Below are positions 9,509 to 18,184 of a stretch of DNA of 64,000 nt, in pieces. Numbering within the stretch: the stretch's first letter is position 1; each line of letters starts with the position of its first letter. The stretch spans positions 1 to 64,000 of the forward strand of contig JAYZFK010000093.1 of the NCBI GenBank assembly GCA_036336835.1. Direction: 5' to 3'. The notes under the pieces are model-generated. The model was not told the DNA's origin. It saw only the letters and a program-made list of their open reading frames with translations, and ran no database searches. Made by a program: the position numbers and the translations under genes. The stretch is from Myxococcota bacterium (lineage in GTDB: Bacteria > Myxococcota_A > UBA9160 > UBA4427).

Positions 9509-10936
9509 TCAGGCGCCGAAGTCGACGAGGTCGCAGGCGCTACCGCTGATCCGCACGCGCTGTGGCATTCGCTCGGGAGGCAGCAGCTGGGCTGGCACGC
9601 CGGGTCTTGGCGACATCGTGATCGTGGTGTGGCGGTCCACGCGCAGCTCGTTCGGCAGCTGTAGCGAATACCGTCGCAGCAGCATTGCGAGCGTGATCAG
9701 CATGCTCTGTTTGGCGAAAGGCACGCCGATGCACATGTGCAGTCCGGCGCTGAACGGCAGGTAGGTGTACGGCGGCGGCTCGCTGGCGAGCCAGCGAGTC
9801 GGCTCGAAGCGGCGCGGCTCCGGGAAGACCGCGGGATCGTGGTGCAGTGTTGCGAACGGGATCAAGACGCGCGTCTTGCGCGCCAGCCGATATCTGCCGA
9901 TCTCGACGTCCGCGGACGCGATGCGCGCTCCGAACGGAACGATCGGAAACAGCCGCAGACTCTCGTCGATCGAGCGCTCGAGCAGCGGCAGCTTGCTGAG
10001 CTCGCTGGGGTGCGGGCTGTCGCCGCTGAGCTGAGAACGAACCTCCTCGCAGACGCGCTCGAAGATCTCTGGATGCTGGGCGAGTAGCAGCAGTGTCCAG
10101 CTGAGTGCGTGGGAGGTGGTTTCGTGCGCCGCCAGGAAGAGGATGTGAATGTTGCCAAGGAGCTCCGATTTCGAGAGATCCCCCACGCGATCATGGCGCT
10201 TTACGAGGTGGGTCAACAGGTCGCTCCCCGCGTAGCCTTGCTGGCGTTTGCGCTCGATGAGCTGGAGCCCCACTCGTTCGAGCTGCTCGGCCTTGCGCAA
10301 CATCCGGCGGAAGGCACTGCGCGGCAGGTCGTAGGGCAGCATTCTCGGGGCCAGTTTGAAGCTGTCCCCCAGCCAGTCCTCGACCATGCGTCCGATGCGG
10401 GAGGACTCTTCCAGATCGTCGAGCCCGAACAGCGACGCGGCAGCGATCTGGCGTGCGACCGCCTTCATGTCGGCGGCCAGGTCGCGGGTCTGTCCAGTGC
10501 GAAAGCCGGCGAGTACGTCGTCGACGACTGCGACCATCGAGCCGTGCAGACCTTCGACGTTCTTTTTCTGCATGGCCGGCGTGATCAGTCGGCGGTTGCG
10601 TCGGTGCTCCTCACCGTGCATGCGGAAGATGCTGTGTCGCAGCCGCCGGTGCGCCGAGCCGCGGGGCCCCGAGAGCGTGAGCGACGAGTTGCGAAAGCGA
10701 GGGTCGGTCAGCAGGAGCCGTAGCAGAGCCGGATCGGTCGTGACGACGATCGGGCGCAGCAGGCTCAGGCTCTTGCTGGGTCGCGCGAACACGGCGGTGG
10801 TCCCGTAGCGCTCGCGCACCCGCATGAAGCCGAGCACGGGGTCGCGCTGGTAGTCGAGCGCGAGTCGGAACAGACCCGGGAGGCCGACGGAGTGCCACTC
10901 GGCGAGGGCTTCGGCGCGGCCGTCCGTGGCGACCAC
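9509..10936 (-). CDS. cytochrome P450
   Basis: I-helix AAHETT, ExxR (ESLR), FEPTRW, heme motif PFSAGLHMCIG; start set at GTG 10936 next to the upstream stop. Confidence 0.93.
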   Translation of the reverse strand: MVATDGRAEALAEWHSVGLPGLFRLALDYQRDPVLGFMRVRERYGTTAVFARPSKSLSLLRPIVVTTDPALLRLLLTDPRFRNSSLTLSGPRGSAHRRLRHSIFRMHGEEHRRNRRLITPAMQKKNVEGLHGSMVAVVDDVLAGFRTGQTRDLAADMKAVARQIAAASLFGLDDLEESSRIGRMVEDWLGDSFKLAPRMLPYDLPRSAFRRMLRKAEQLERVGLQLIERKRQQGYAGSDLLTHLVKRHDRVGDLSKSELLGNIHILFLAAHETTSHALSWTLLLLAQHPEIFERVCEEVRSQLSGDSPHPSELSKLPLLERSIDESLRLFPIVPFGARIASADVEIGRYRLARKTRVLIPFATLHHDPAVFPEPRRFEPTRWLASEPPPYTYLPFSAGLHMCIGVPFAKQSMLITLAMLLRRYSLQLPNELRVDRHTTITMSPRPGVPAQLLPPERMPQRVRISGSACDLVDFGA

Positions 10937-10937
10937 C

Positions 10938-11915
10938 TCAGAGCGGCCGCAGGTCGGGCGATGCCAGCTCGCGCCGCACGAGCTTGCCATCCCGGTAGAT
11001 CGAGACGATGTCGGCCTCGCCGTCGCCGTCCACGTCTTCCTCCCGCCGCGCCAGCTGCGCCTCGTCGCCGTGTGGCACGAAGGTCTCGAAGACGTCGGGG
11101 CGGCCGCGGCCCTGCTTGTCGCGTTCGATCCGCGTGACGAGTTCGACCCCGTCCGTGACCGAGTAGCGATACCAGACGTCGGGCCGACCGTCGCGGTCGA
11201 GGTCCTCGTTGGCGGTCGTGCGGCGCCGATCCTGGTAGCGGATCTCGCGGTCGATTCGGCCGTCGTTGTCCGCGTCGTGTTGCTCGAGGACCAGCGAGTC
11301 GCCCTCGTAGTCGTAGAATGCGTCGCGCACGCCGTCCCGGTCGCGGTCGACTTCGCGGCGGCGGAGCCGCCCGTCGCGGTACTCCTCCCAGCCGTCCGGC
11401 TCTCCGTCATCGTCGTCGTCGAGGGTTCGCCGCGTGAGATCACCCCACTCGAAGATGCTCGTCGCATCGAGTCGGCCGTCGTAGTTGCGATCTTCCTCCT
11501 GGCGCAGCAGGAGGCTCGACTCGGCGTCGAGGTAGCGAATCAGCTCGGGTTTGCCGTCGCCGTCGGCATCGAGAGACAGCTCGATGACCGAGAGTCGCTC
11601 GCGGTTGTTCCAGCTGCCCGCGGGGATCGTCCTGCGATCCTCGTCGAAGATTGCGATCGGCAGCTCGCGAAGCTGCGGTGCTGCGGGGGCCGAGCGCGGA
11701 TCGACCCCGCTCTGAGCTGCGGCAGCTGCCTCGCCTCGCTCCGCTTCGTTCTCCCCACGCTGCAGGCGCTCGAGCAGCGCTTGCTGGCGCTCGATCTCCA
11801 CTCTCAGGGTGGCTTCGCCCGGCTGCTGCGCCGAGACGGCCGCGGCCGACAGCGCGGCCAACAGCGCGACGGTCGAGCGTGCTATGGCCGGGCGGTGCGA
11901 CGCATCCAGGGTCAT
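10938..11915 (-). CDS. secreted protein with eight DxDxDG-type calcium-binding-like repeats
   Basis: Signal peptide (LLAALSAAAVSA); repeats DADGDG, DRNYDG, DDDDDG, DRDRDG, DADNDG, DLDRDG, DKQGRG, DVDGDG; AGGAG SD. Confidence 0.8.
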   Translation of the reverse strand: MTLDASHRPAIARSTVALLAALSAAAVSAQQPGEATLRVEIERQQALLERLQRGENEAERGEAAAAAQSGVDPRSAPAAPQLRELPIAIFDEDRRTIPAGSWNNRERLSVIELSLDADGDGKPELIRYLDAESSLLLRQEEDRNYDGRLDATSIFEWGDLTRRTLDDDDDGEPDGWEEYRDGRLRRREVDRDRDGVRDAFYDYEGDSLVLEQHDADNDGRIDREIRYQDRRRTTANEDLDRDGRPDVWYRYSVTDGVELVTRIERDKQGRGRPDVFETFVPHGDEAQLARREEDVDGDGEADIVSIYRDGKLVRRELASPDLRPL

Positions 11916-12184
11916 CGAGGCTCCTGCCCGCTCGCTTGGAGCGGGAGCGACGAAGCTACCACCGGACCGATTCAGTCGCCGGCTGTCGTCGCCGACCGCT
12001 CCACCCGACTGCTCTCGGCATCGAGATCGGATGCTCGAACGGGCGTGCGAGTTCAGAAAGCGTAGGGTTGTGGCCCCTTTTTCGCGGTCTGGCCGGTTCC
12101 CGCGCAGTCGCAGCGGGACCGCAATTCATGGGCGACAAGCGCCGGATCTCGCTGCCGTCACTGCGGAACTCCTGGTGTTGGGTC

Positions 12185-12216
12185 TTGCAAAACACCTTAC
12201 TTCCTGGTAAGGTGTT
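12185..12216 (+). promoter_or_regulatory. sigma-70-like promoter overlapped by a palindromic operator
   Basis: TTGCAA(12185-12190)-N17-TAAGGT(12208-12213); inverted repeat AACACCTTAC-N6-GTAAGGTGTT at 12191-12216. Confidence 0.6.
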
Positions 12217-12278
12217 CTGCTCTCTCGTCGCCCGCGAGTCACGATCAGAGGGGCCTGAGCGCTCCGGACGACACCTGT

Positions 12279-13082
12279 ATGTGTACGCTCATTGCACTCC
12301 ACCGCTGTGTCGACGGCGCAGGCCTCGTGATGGCCGCGAACCGCGATGAATACTACGACCGGCCCTCGGAGGGACCTGCGCTGCGAACCACCCCGTTCGG
12401 CAAGATCTTGGCTCCGCTCGACGTCCGTGCGGGCGGAACCTGGCTCGGGGTGAATCCGCATCGTGTGGTCGTCGCGCTGACGAACCGCCCGACCGAGGCA
12501 CGGGATCCGGCGCTGCCCTCGCGGGGGCACGTCGTGGTGGACGCTCTCGCAGGCGCGAGCGCAGTCGATTCGGCGCGGATCCTGGGCTCGATCCCAGCGG
12601 GGAGCCACAATCCCTTCAACGCCTTCGTATCCGACGGTGAGCGCGCCTTTGCACTGGTGTACCAGGAGAAGGGCGAGCTCCGCGAGCTCGAGCCGGGCGC
12701 GCACGTGATCGGCAACGCGGACCCCGACGACCGAAGCAACCCGAAGATCTCTCACGTGCTCGACCAGGCGCAGCGCGCGCAGGAGCTCCCCGTGGGGGAG
12801 GCGCTCGACGCGCTGAGCTCGGTCTGTCGTCAGCACGACTGCGCTGCCCCGGACAGCTCGTGGGGCTCGCTGGGCGATCCCTGCGTTCATCTCGACGAGT
12901 ACGGCACGCGAAGCTCGTTGCTGTTGACGCTGGACGCGGGAGGCGAAGACGCCGACCGGCTGCGGTACGCCGACGGTCCGCCGTGCCGGGCCGAATACGA
13001 CGATTTCACCGCTCTTCTCGCCGAGCTGACCCAGACGGGCAGCTGCGGACGGGACGAGCTTCAAGCGAGGACAGGGACTTGA
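12279..13082 (+). CDS. NRDE/TANGO2 family protein
   Basis: N-terminal MCT, AANRDEYYDRP, GGTWLGVN, LTN, SRG and YGTRSS motifs. Confidence 0.93.
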   Translation: MCTLIALHRCVDGAGLVMAANRDEYYDRPSEGPALRTTPFGKILAPLDVRAGGTWLGVNPHRVVVALTNRPTEARDPALPSRGHVVVDALAGASAVDSARILGSIPAGSHNPFNAFVSDGERAFALVYQEKGELRELEPGAHVIGNADPDDRSNPKISHVLDQAQRAQELPVGEALDALSSVCRQHDCAAPDSSWGSLGDPCVHLDEYGTRSSLLLTLDAGGEDADRLRYADGPPCRAEYDDFTALLAELTQTGSCGRDELQARTGT

Positions 13083-13117
13083 GGCGAATCGGTAGCAACA
13101 TCCGCAAGCAGAACTCG

Positions 13118-13405
13118 ATGGACAAGGCGCACCGCATCATCAAGAACATCATCACGTATTCGGAGAGCCAGAAGCCGAAGAACGACTATCCGAAGAAGAT
13201 CGTGTCGCCCCCGGTCCGCTCGCAGTGCTGCACGGAGCAGAATCGCGATGCCGTTGGACAGCCCAAGGACATCGAGGGCTTCAAGTTCCAGTACAAGATC
13301 TGCCGCAAGTGCGGGCACGCTGTGAAGTACTACTTCCCTGCCGTCGAGTCGACGAGCAAGGCGGTGCAGGAATACCGCTCGACCAAGCGGTACATGGTGC
13401 GCTAG
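13118..13405 (+). CDS. small basic protein with putative Zn ribbon (CC...CxxC)
   Basis: Lys-rich 95-aa ORF with high GC at third codon positions, QCCTE and CRKCGH; alternative TTG start at 13079 overlaps the NRDE stop. Confidence 0.75.
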   Translation: MDKAHRIIKNIITYSESQKPKNDYPKKIVSPPVRSQCCTEQNRDAVGQPKDIEGFKFQYKICRKCGHAVKYYFPAVESTSKAVQEYRSTKRYMVR

Positions 13406-13549
13406 CGGCACTCTGCGCCACGTCGCGGTCCGTCACCTGGCCGCGAACGTTCGAGCGGCCTCGCGCCGTCGCCCGCGGGGGCGGCCGCGAGGCCGCTCTC
13501 GTTTCTGGACACCCGGCTGCTCAGCCGCCGACCTGATTGGGGAGCCGCC

Positions 13550-14941
13550 TTGGACCCGATTCGAAACGCCGATGACGCGGCGCGCTATCTCGACGGACTG
13601 ATCGATCGCGAGCGCACGCCGGACGCCGCGCGCGCGAGCGCGCGCTTCGACCTCGGGCCGATTCGCGCGCTGCTCGATGCCGTGGGCAATCCGCAGCGTG
13701 GGCTCTCGATCATTCACGTGGCCGGCTCGAAGGGGAAGGGCTCGGTCTGCCTGTCGGCCGAGCCGGTGCTGCGCTCGCTCGGCGAGTGCGTCGGCGTGTT
13801 CACATCCCCGCATCTGGAGCACTGGAGCGAGCGCTTTCGGATCGACGGCGCAGAGGTCGAGGGCGAGGAGCTGGCGCGGGTCGTCACGCACCTCCGGCCC
13901 CATGTGGAGCGGCTGCGAGCGCAGGGCCCGGAGGCTGCGCCCAGCTTTTTTGACACGACGACGGCGGCGGCGTTGCTGCTGTTCTCGGAGGCCCGGACCG
14001 ACCGCGTGCTGCTCGAAGTCGGGCTCGGAGGCCGTCTCGACTCGACCAACGCGGTCGAGTCCCGAGTCACGTGCGTCACACAGATCGAGCTCGAGCACAC
14101 GCAGATCCTTGGCAGCACGCTGGCCGAGATCGCGGCCGAGAAGGCGGGAATCCTGAAGCCCGGCGTGCCCTGTGTGCTCGGCGCGCTCGCGGGCAGGGCC
14201 GAAGCGGTGGTGCGCGACCGCGCACGCGAGCTCGGGGTCGAGCTGTTCGCCGAGGGAGAACATTTCGAGCTGGCGGTCGAGCCCTTGCCCCGCGGGTCTG
14301 GCGCGACCCGGCTTCGCTACGCCGACCGTTCGGGGCTTGCCCTCGTGGTGGAGTTGCCGATCGCGGGCCGGCACCTTGCGCGCAACGCGGGTCTCGCGCT
14401 CGCCTGCATCCGCTGTCTGCGCGAGCACGACGAGCGCTCGTTCGAGCGCGCTGCGCAGCAGGGACTGCGCACGCTGCGACTTCCCGGCCGTGTGGAGCTC
14501 GCTGGCCGGGAGCCCCGCGTCGTGATCGACTCGGCCCACACCGCGGCCTCGGCGCGCGCGCTCGCCGAGGCGCTGGCAACGCTCGCGATCCGCGATGCGG
14601 AGCTCGTGCTCTCGGTATCCAGGGGCAAGGCGCTCCCCGAGATCCTGGCCGCGCTGGCTCCGTGTGCCGCGAGCATGACGCTCACGCAGGCCGATCCCGA
14701 TCGTTCGCTTGCTGCCGACGAGCTCGCGCAGGCGGTCCGCGACGTCGCGCCGGAGCTCTCGCTGCGCGTCGTTGAAGACCCGCGGGAGGCGATTCGCAGC
14801 GCGCTCGGGGCGGCCCCACGCGAGAGCGCAGTCGTTATCGCGGGCTCGGTCTATCTGGCGGGTCTTGCTCGGCAGGTGATTCGCGACCTCTCCGCCACTG
14901 CGCCGCACGGTCCGAGCCCCGTGGCGGGCCCGCGCGCGTGA
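13550..14941 (+). CDS. folC: folylpolyglutamate synthase / dihydrofolate synthase
   Basis: HVAGSKGKGS, FTSPHL, ERFRI, EVGLGGRLDSTN, EKAGILKP, PGR, DSAHT and GSVYL motifs. Confidence 0.93.
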   Translation: MDPIRNADDAARYLDGLIDRERTPDAARASARFDLGPIRALLDAVGNPQRGLSIIHVAGSKGKGSVCLSAEPVLRSLGECVGVFTSPHLEHWSERFRIDGAEVEGEELARVVTHLRPHVERLRAQGPEAAPSFFDTTTAAALLLFSEARTDRVLLEVGLGGRLDSTNAVESRVTCVTQIELEHTQILGSTLAEIAAEKAGILKPGVPCVLGALAGRAEAVVRDRARELGVELFAEGEHFELAVEPLPRGSGATRLRYADRSGLALVVELPIAGRHLARNAGLALACIRCLREHDERSFERAAQQGLRTLRLPGRVELAGREPRVVIDSAHTAASARALAEALATLAIRDAELVLSVSRGKALPEILAALAPCAASMTLTQADPDRSLAADELAQAVRDVAPELSLRVVEDPREAIRSALGAAPRESAVVIAGSVYLAGLARQVIRDLSATAPHGPSPVAGPRA

Positions 14942-16197
14942 AGCACTCCGAACAGGCGTTCCAGGCGGCTGTTCGGGACAACCTGCGTCGCAACTACCTC
15001 GCCTATCTGTTCCACGGCGTGCTCGGCCAGACCGGGATGCGCCTGATCAACATGCCGACCTTCATCCCGGCCTACGTGCACCTGCTGTCGGGCTCGGACT
15101 TCGTGGTCGGCCTGGCCCGCTCCCTGCAGTACCTGGGGATGTGTCTGACGCCGCTGATCGGGGCGAAGATCGTCGAGTCGCGCCGCCGCGTGCTGCCGCT
15201 CAGCTTCGCGGTCGGGGCCGCGATGCGCCTGCAGGTGGCCGGGATCGCGCTTGCCGGCTTCTTTCTGCCCGATCCCTGGCGGCTGGTCGCGATCTGCGCC
15301 TTCCTGGCGCTGTTTGGCGCCTTTCTCGGAATGCAGGGCGTGATCTTCAGCTTCATGGTGTCGAAGCTGATTCCAGTAGAGCGCCGCGGGGTGCTGATCG
15401 GGCTGCGCGTCTTCAGCGGCAGCCTGGTCTCCGCCGGCGTCGCCGGCCTCGGCGGCTGGTTCGTCGCCGAGCAGACGTTCGGCAACGGCTATGCGACGGC
15501 GTTCGCATTGGCCTTCGTCCTGACCTCGGTCGGGTTGCTGATGCTCGGCTTCGTGCGCGAGCCCGAGACGCCCAATGTGCGCGAGCCGCAGCCGCTTCGA
15601 GACCGGATCCGGGCGGTCCCGGTGCTGCTGCGCTCAGATCTCGGCTTCACCCGCTACTTCGTGGCGCGCGCCCTCGCAACGATGGGGCGGATGTCGCTGC
15701 CGTTCTACGCGCTCTACGCGAAGGACCTGATCGGTCTCTCGGGTGAGATGCTCTCTGTGCTCAGCGTGTCCTTCCTGCTGTCGCAGACGGGAACCAACCT
15801 CGCGTGGGGTTGGCTGGCAGATCGCGTGGGCTTCCGCATCGTGTTCCTGGCGTCGCTCGTCGTCTGGGTCGTCGCGACGCTCGGCGTGTTCGCTTCGACC
15901 GATCTCGCGCACTTTGCTGCCGTGTTCGCGGTCGTCGGTGCCGGGATGGGTGGATTCCAGCTCTCGGCCCAGAACCTCGTGCTCGAGTTCGGGGAGCGCG
16001 ATGACCTGCCGATGCGCATCGGAATCGCCAACTCCGCATCCGAGCTGATCGGCGCGCTCGGTCCGCTGCTGGCTGGCGGGCTCGCCGCCCTGGTGTCCTA
16101 CGACGCCGTGTTCGTCTGCTCGGTCGTGTTCCAGCTCGCTGCGATTGGGATCGTCGCCGCCTACGTCGACGAGCCGCGCCACCGGGCGCGGGGTTGA
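14938..16197 (+). CDS. MFS transporter
   Basis: About 12 hydrophobic segments; WGWLADRVG motif-A-like loop; GTGA coupling to folC. Confidence 0.88.
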   Translation: MKHSEQAFQAAVRDNLRRNYLAYLFHGVLGQTGMRLINMPTFIPAYVHLLSGSDFVVGLARSLQYLGMCLTPLIGAKIVESRRRVLPLSFAVGAAMRLQVAGIALAGFFLPDPWRLVAICAFLALFGAFLGMQGVIFSFMVSKLIPVERRGVLIGLRVFSGSLVSAGVAGLGGWFVAEQTFGNGYATAFALAFVLTSVGLLMLGFVREPETPNVREPQPLRDRIRAVPVLLRSDLGFTRYFVARALATMGRMSLPFYALYAKDLIGLSGEMLSVLSVSFLLSQTGTNLAWGWLADRVGFRIVFLASLVVWVVATLGVFASTDLAHFAAVFAVVGAGMGGFQLSAQNLVLEFGERDDLPMRIGIANSASELIGALGPLLAGGLAALVSYDAVFVCSVVFQLAAIGIVAAYVDEPRHRARG

Positions 16198-16496
16198 GGC
16201 TCGATGCGGGCGAATGCTCGAAGCGCAGACGCCCGGACCGGCTCTCTGCGCAGGCGCGCCGAGGGAGGGGTAGCCGATCCGGGCGAGGAACTTCGCTGCT
16301 TCGTACGTGGGATGACTAGAGCAAGCTGCATGCCATCCTTGGCGCAGTCTGCAGGCAACACGACAAGTACTTGTCGTTGCTAGCTCTTGTCACACTTCCG
16401 ACCAGTTCGGCAGGGCCGGTGATGTGGCAGCCGACCGGCATCTCGGGGACGGCCAGTGACACAATTTGTGTCGCCGCGTCGCCTGGCGCCGCTTGG

Positions 16497-17411
16497 TCAG
16501 CGTTTCCGAAGTGCGTGGCACACAGCGCGCAAGTGGTCGGGACGCGTACCGCAGCAGCCTCCGACAATGCTTGCGCCCGCCTCGACCCAGCGGAGCGCGC
16601 GCTCGGCGAAGGCCCCGGGCGTACATTCCTCGCTGTAGGCCTGCTGCGGTGTGGCGCCCGGCATTCCGAGATTGGGGTAGATTCCGAACGGGCTGCCGCT
16701 CGCCTCCAGTGCTCGCCAGCAGACCTCGACGCGCGACGTGGGGATGCAGTTGACGGCGAGCGCGACCGGCGAGAAGGGGCTGACCGCCTCGACCGCGGCC
16801 TCGAGCGGCTCGCCCGACAGGAGCCGGCTACCTCGCTCGTCCCCGATGAAGCTCGTGACGACCGGCAGTCCGGTGGCGACCGCAGCGGCCGTTGCGGCGC
16901 GGGCTTCGCGCACCGTCCCCATGGTCTCCACCAGGATCAGCTCTGCCCCGCCCTCGGCGAGCGCCTCGCAGTGGTGGGCGTGCTCGCGCTCGAGCGTGCT
17001 GTCGTCGGGAGTGAGGTCCGGGCGGTAGCAGTCCTCGAGCGGCGGTGACGAGCCCGCGACCCAGATCTCGCGGCCTTCGCGCGCTGCGGCGCGTGCGAGG
17101 GAGAGCGCGCGCCCAGTGAGCTCGCTCGCGCGCCCGCCGAGCCCGGCTCGTCGAAGCACGTGGCGTTGGGTGCGGAAGGTCGCGGCCGTCAAACAGTCGA
17201 CACCGGCTCGTGCATAGTCGCTGTGGACGTGTTCGAGCAGGTTCGGCGCTTCGAGCAGTGCCTGCGTCGACCACAGCGGGAGCGTGCAGGCAAGCCCGCG
17301 GCGTTCGAGCTCGGTGCCAGTCGCACCGTCGAGCACGAATGGGCGCGCGGCGAGGCGCCGCGCGAGAGCGGCGGGGCTGCGCTCGGGCTCGTCGGTATAA
17401 TCGCGCGCCAT
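16497..17411 (-). CDS. homocysteine S-methyltransferase family protein
   Basis: LDGATGTEL, H..Y..AG, ETM, AVNC, YPN and GGCCGT (three Zn-binding Cys); ATG 17411 with AGGAGA SD, start tentative. Confidence 0.9.
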   Translation of the reverse strand: MARDYTDEPERSPAALARRLAARPFVLDGATGTELERRGLACTLPLWSTQALLEAPNLLEHVHSDYARAGVDCLTAATFRTQRHVLRRAGLGGRASELTGRALSLARAAAREGREIWVAGSSPPLEDCYRPDLTPDDSTLEREHAHHCEALAEGGAELILVETMGTVREARAATAAAVATGLPVVTSFIGDERGSRLLSGEPLEAAVEAVSPFSPVALAVNCIPTSRVEVCWRALEASGSPFGIYPNLGMPGATPQQAYSEECTPGAFAERALRWVEAGASIVGGCCGTRPDHLRAVCHALRKR

Positions 17412-18093
17412 GTCTCCTACCCGTGGCGAGTTTGACACGCTCGCGGTCTTCTGTGACTTCGATGGAACGTTCTCGGTCCAGGACGTCGGCTCGACGCTCG
17501 CCAAGCGGCATCTGGGCGCGCTGCGCGCGAAGCTGTGGGCCGAGTACGAGGCGGGGGGCCAGACAGCCTGGCAGTACACGAGGCGGCTGTTCGAAGGCTT
17601 CAGCCTGCCCGAGGCCGAGCTGCAGCGCTTCCTCGAGACGATCGAGCTCGATGCCGGGGCGCACGCGCTCGTCGCATGGTGCACCGAGCGCGGCGTCCCC
17701 TTCCGGATCCTGTCGGATGGCTTCGACTACAACCTCGACCGCCTGCAGGACATTCACGGCGTTTGCTTCGCCCATACGTCGAACCATCTGCGCTACGTGC
17801 AGGGGCGCTGGCAGATCGAGGCGGGTCAGCCCGATCCGGAGTGCGGCTGTGGCACCGGCACGTGCAAGCAATCGGTGATTGCGTCCTGGCGGGCAGGGCA
17901 CCCGGGCGCGTACTGCGTCCACATCGGCAACGGACGTGTCTCCGACACATGCGGTGCGATCGCAGCCAACCTGGCCTTCGCAAAGGAGACACTCGCCGAG
18001 GAGCTCGAGGGCCGCGGCGTCGCCTTCGAGCGCTACGACGACCTGAACGACGTCGTCGCCGAGCTCGAGGCCCGCTACTCCTCGCTCGGCTGA
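17410..18093 (+). CDS. MtnX-like HAD-IB phosphatase
   Basis: FCDFDGT motif I, ILSDG motif II, CGCGTGTCK, IGNGRVSD and FAK; TATAAT 8 nt upstream of the ATG. Confidence 0.85.
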   Translation: MSPTRGEFDTLAVFCDFDGTFSVQDVGSTLAKRHLGALRAKLWAEYEAGGQTAWQYTRRLFEGFSLPEAELQRFLETIELDAGAHALVAWCTERGVPFRILSDGFDYNLDRLQDIHGVCFAHTSNHLRYVQGRWQIEAGQPDPECGCGTGTCKQSVIASWRAGHPGAYCVHIGNGRVSDTCGAIAANLAFAKETLAEELEGRGVAFERYDDLNDVVAELEARYSSLG

Positions 18094-18184
18094 CCGATCC
18101 CCGCGGCTGGCTACCCGGAGCCTGCTCGGAACGCGGGGTCGGTGCTACGTTTCCACCTTCCAGGCTCGGACCGGAGGCCTCGCC

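Noticed and set aside
10937..11467. Extended N-terminus of the 652-aa P450 ORF, or a fusion with the repeat protein
   Set aside because: It is an alternative frame of the DxDxDG gene with low-complexity S/T/R translation; the two genes are in different frames with a stop between them
10938..11915. Periodic DNA pattern as a possible CRISPR or tandem array
   Set aside because: Periodicity is at the protein level inside an ORF and the nucleotide copies are not identical
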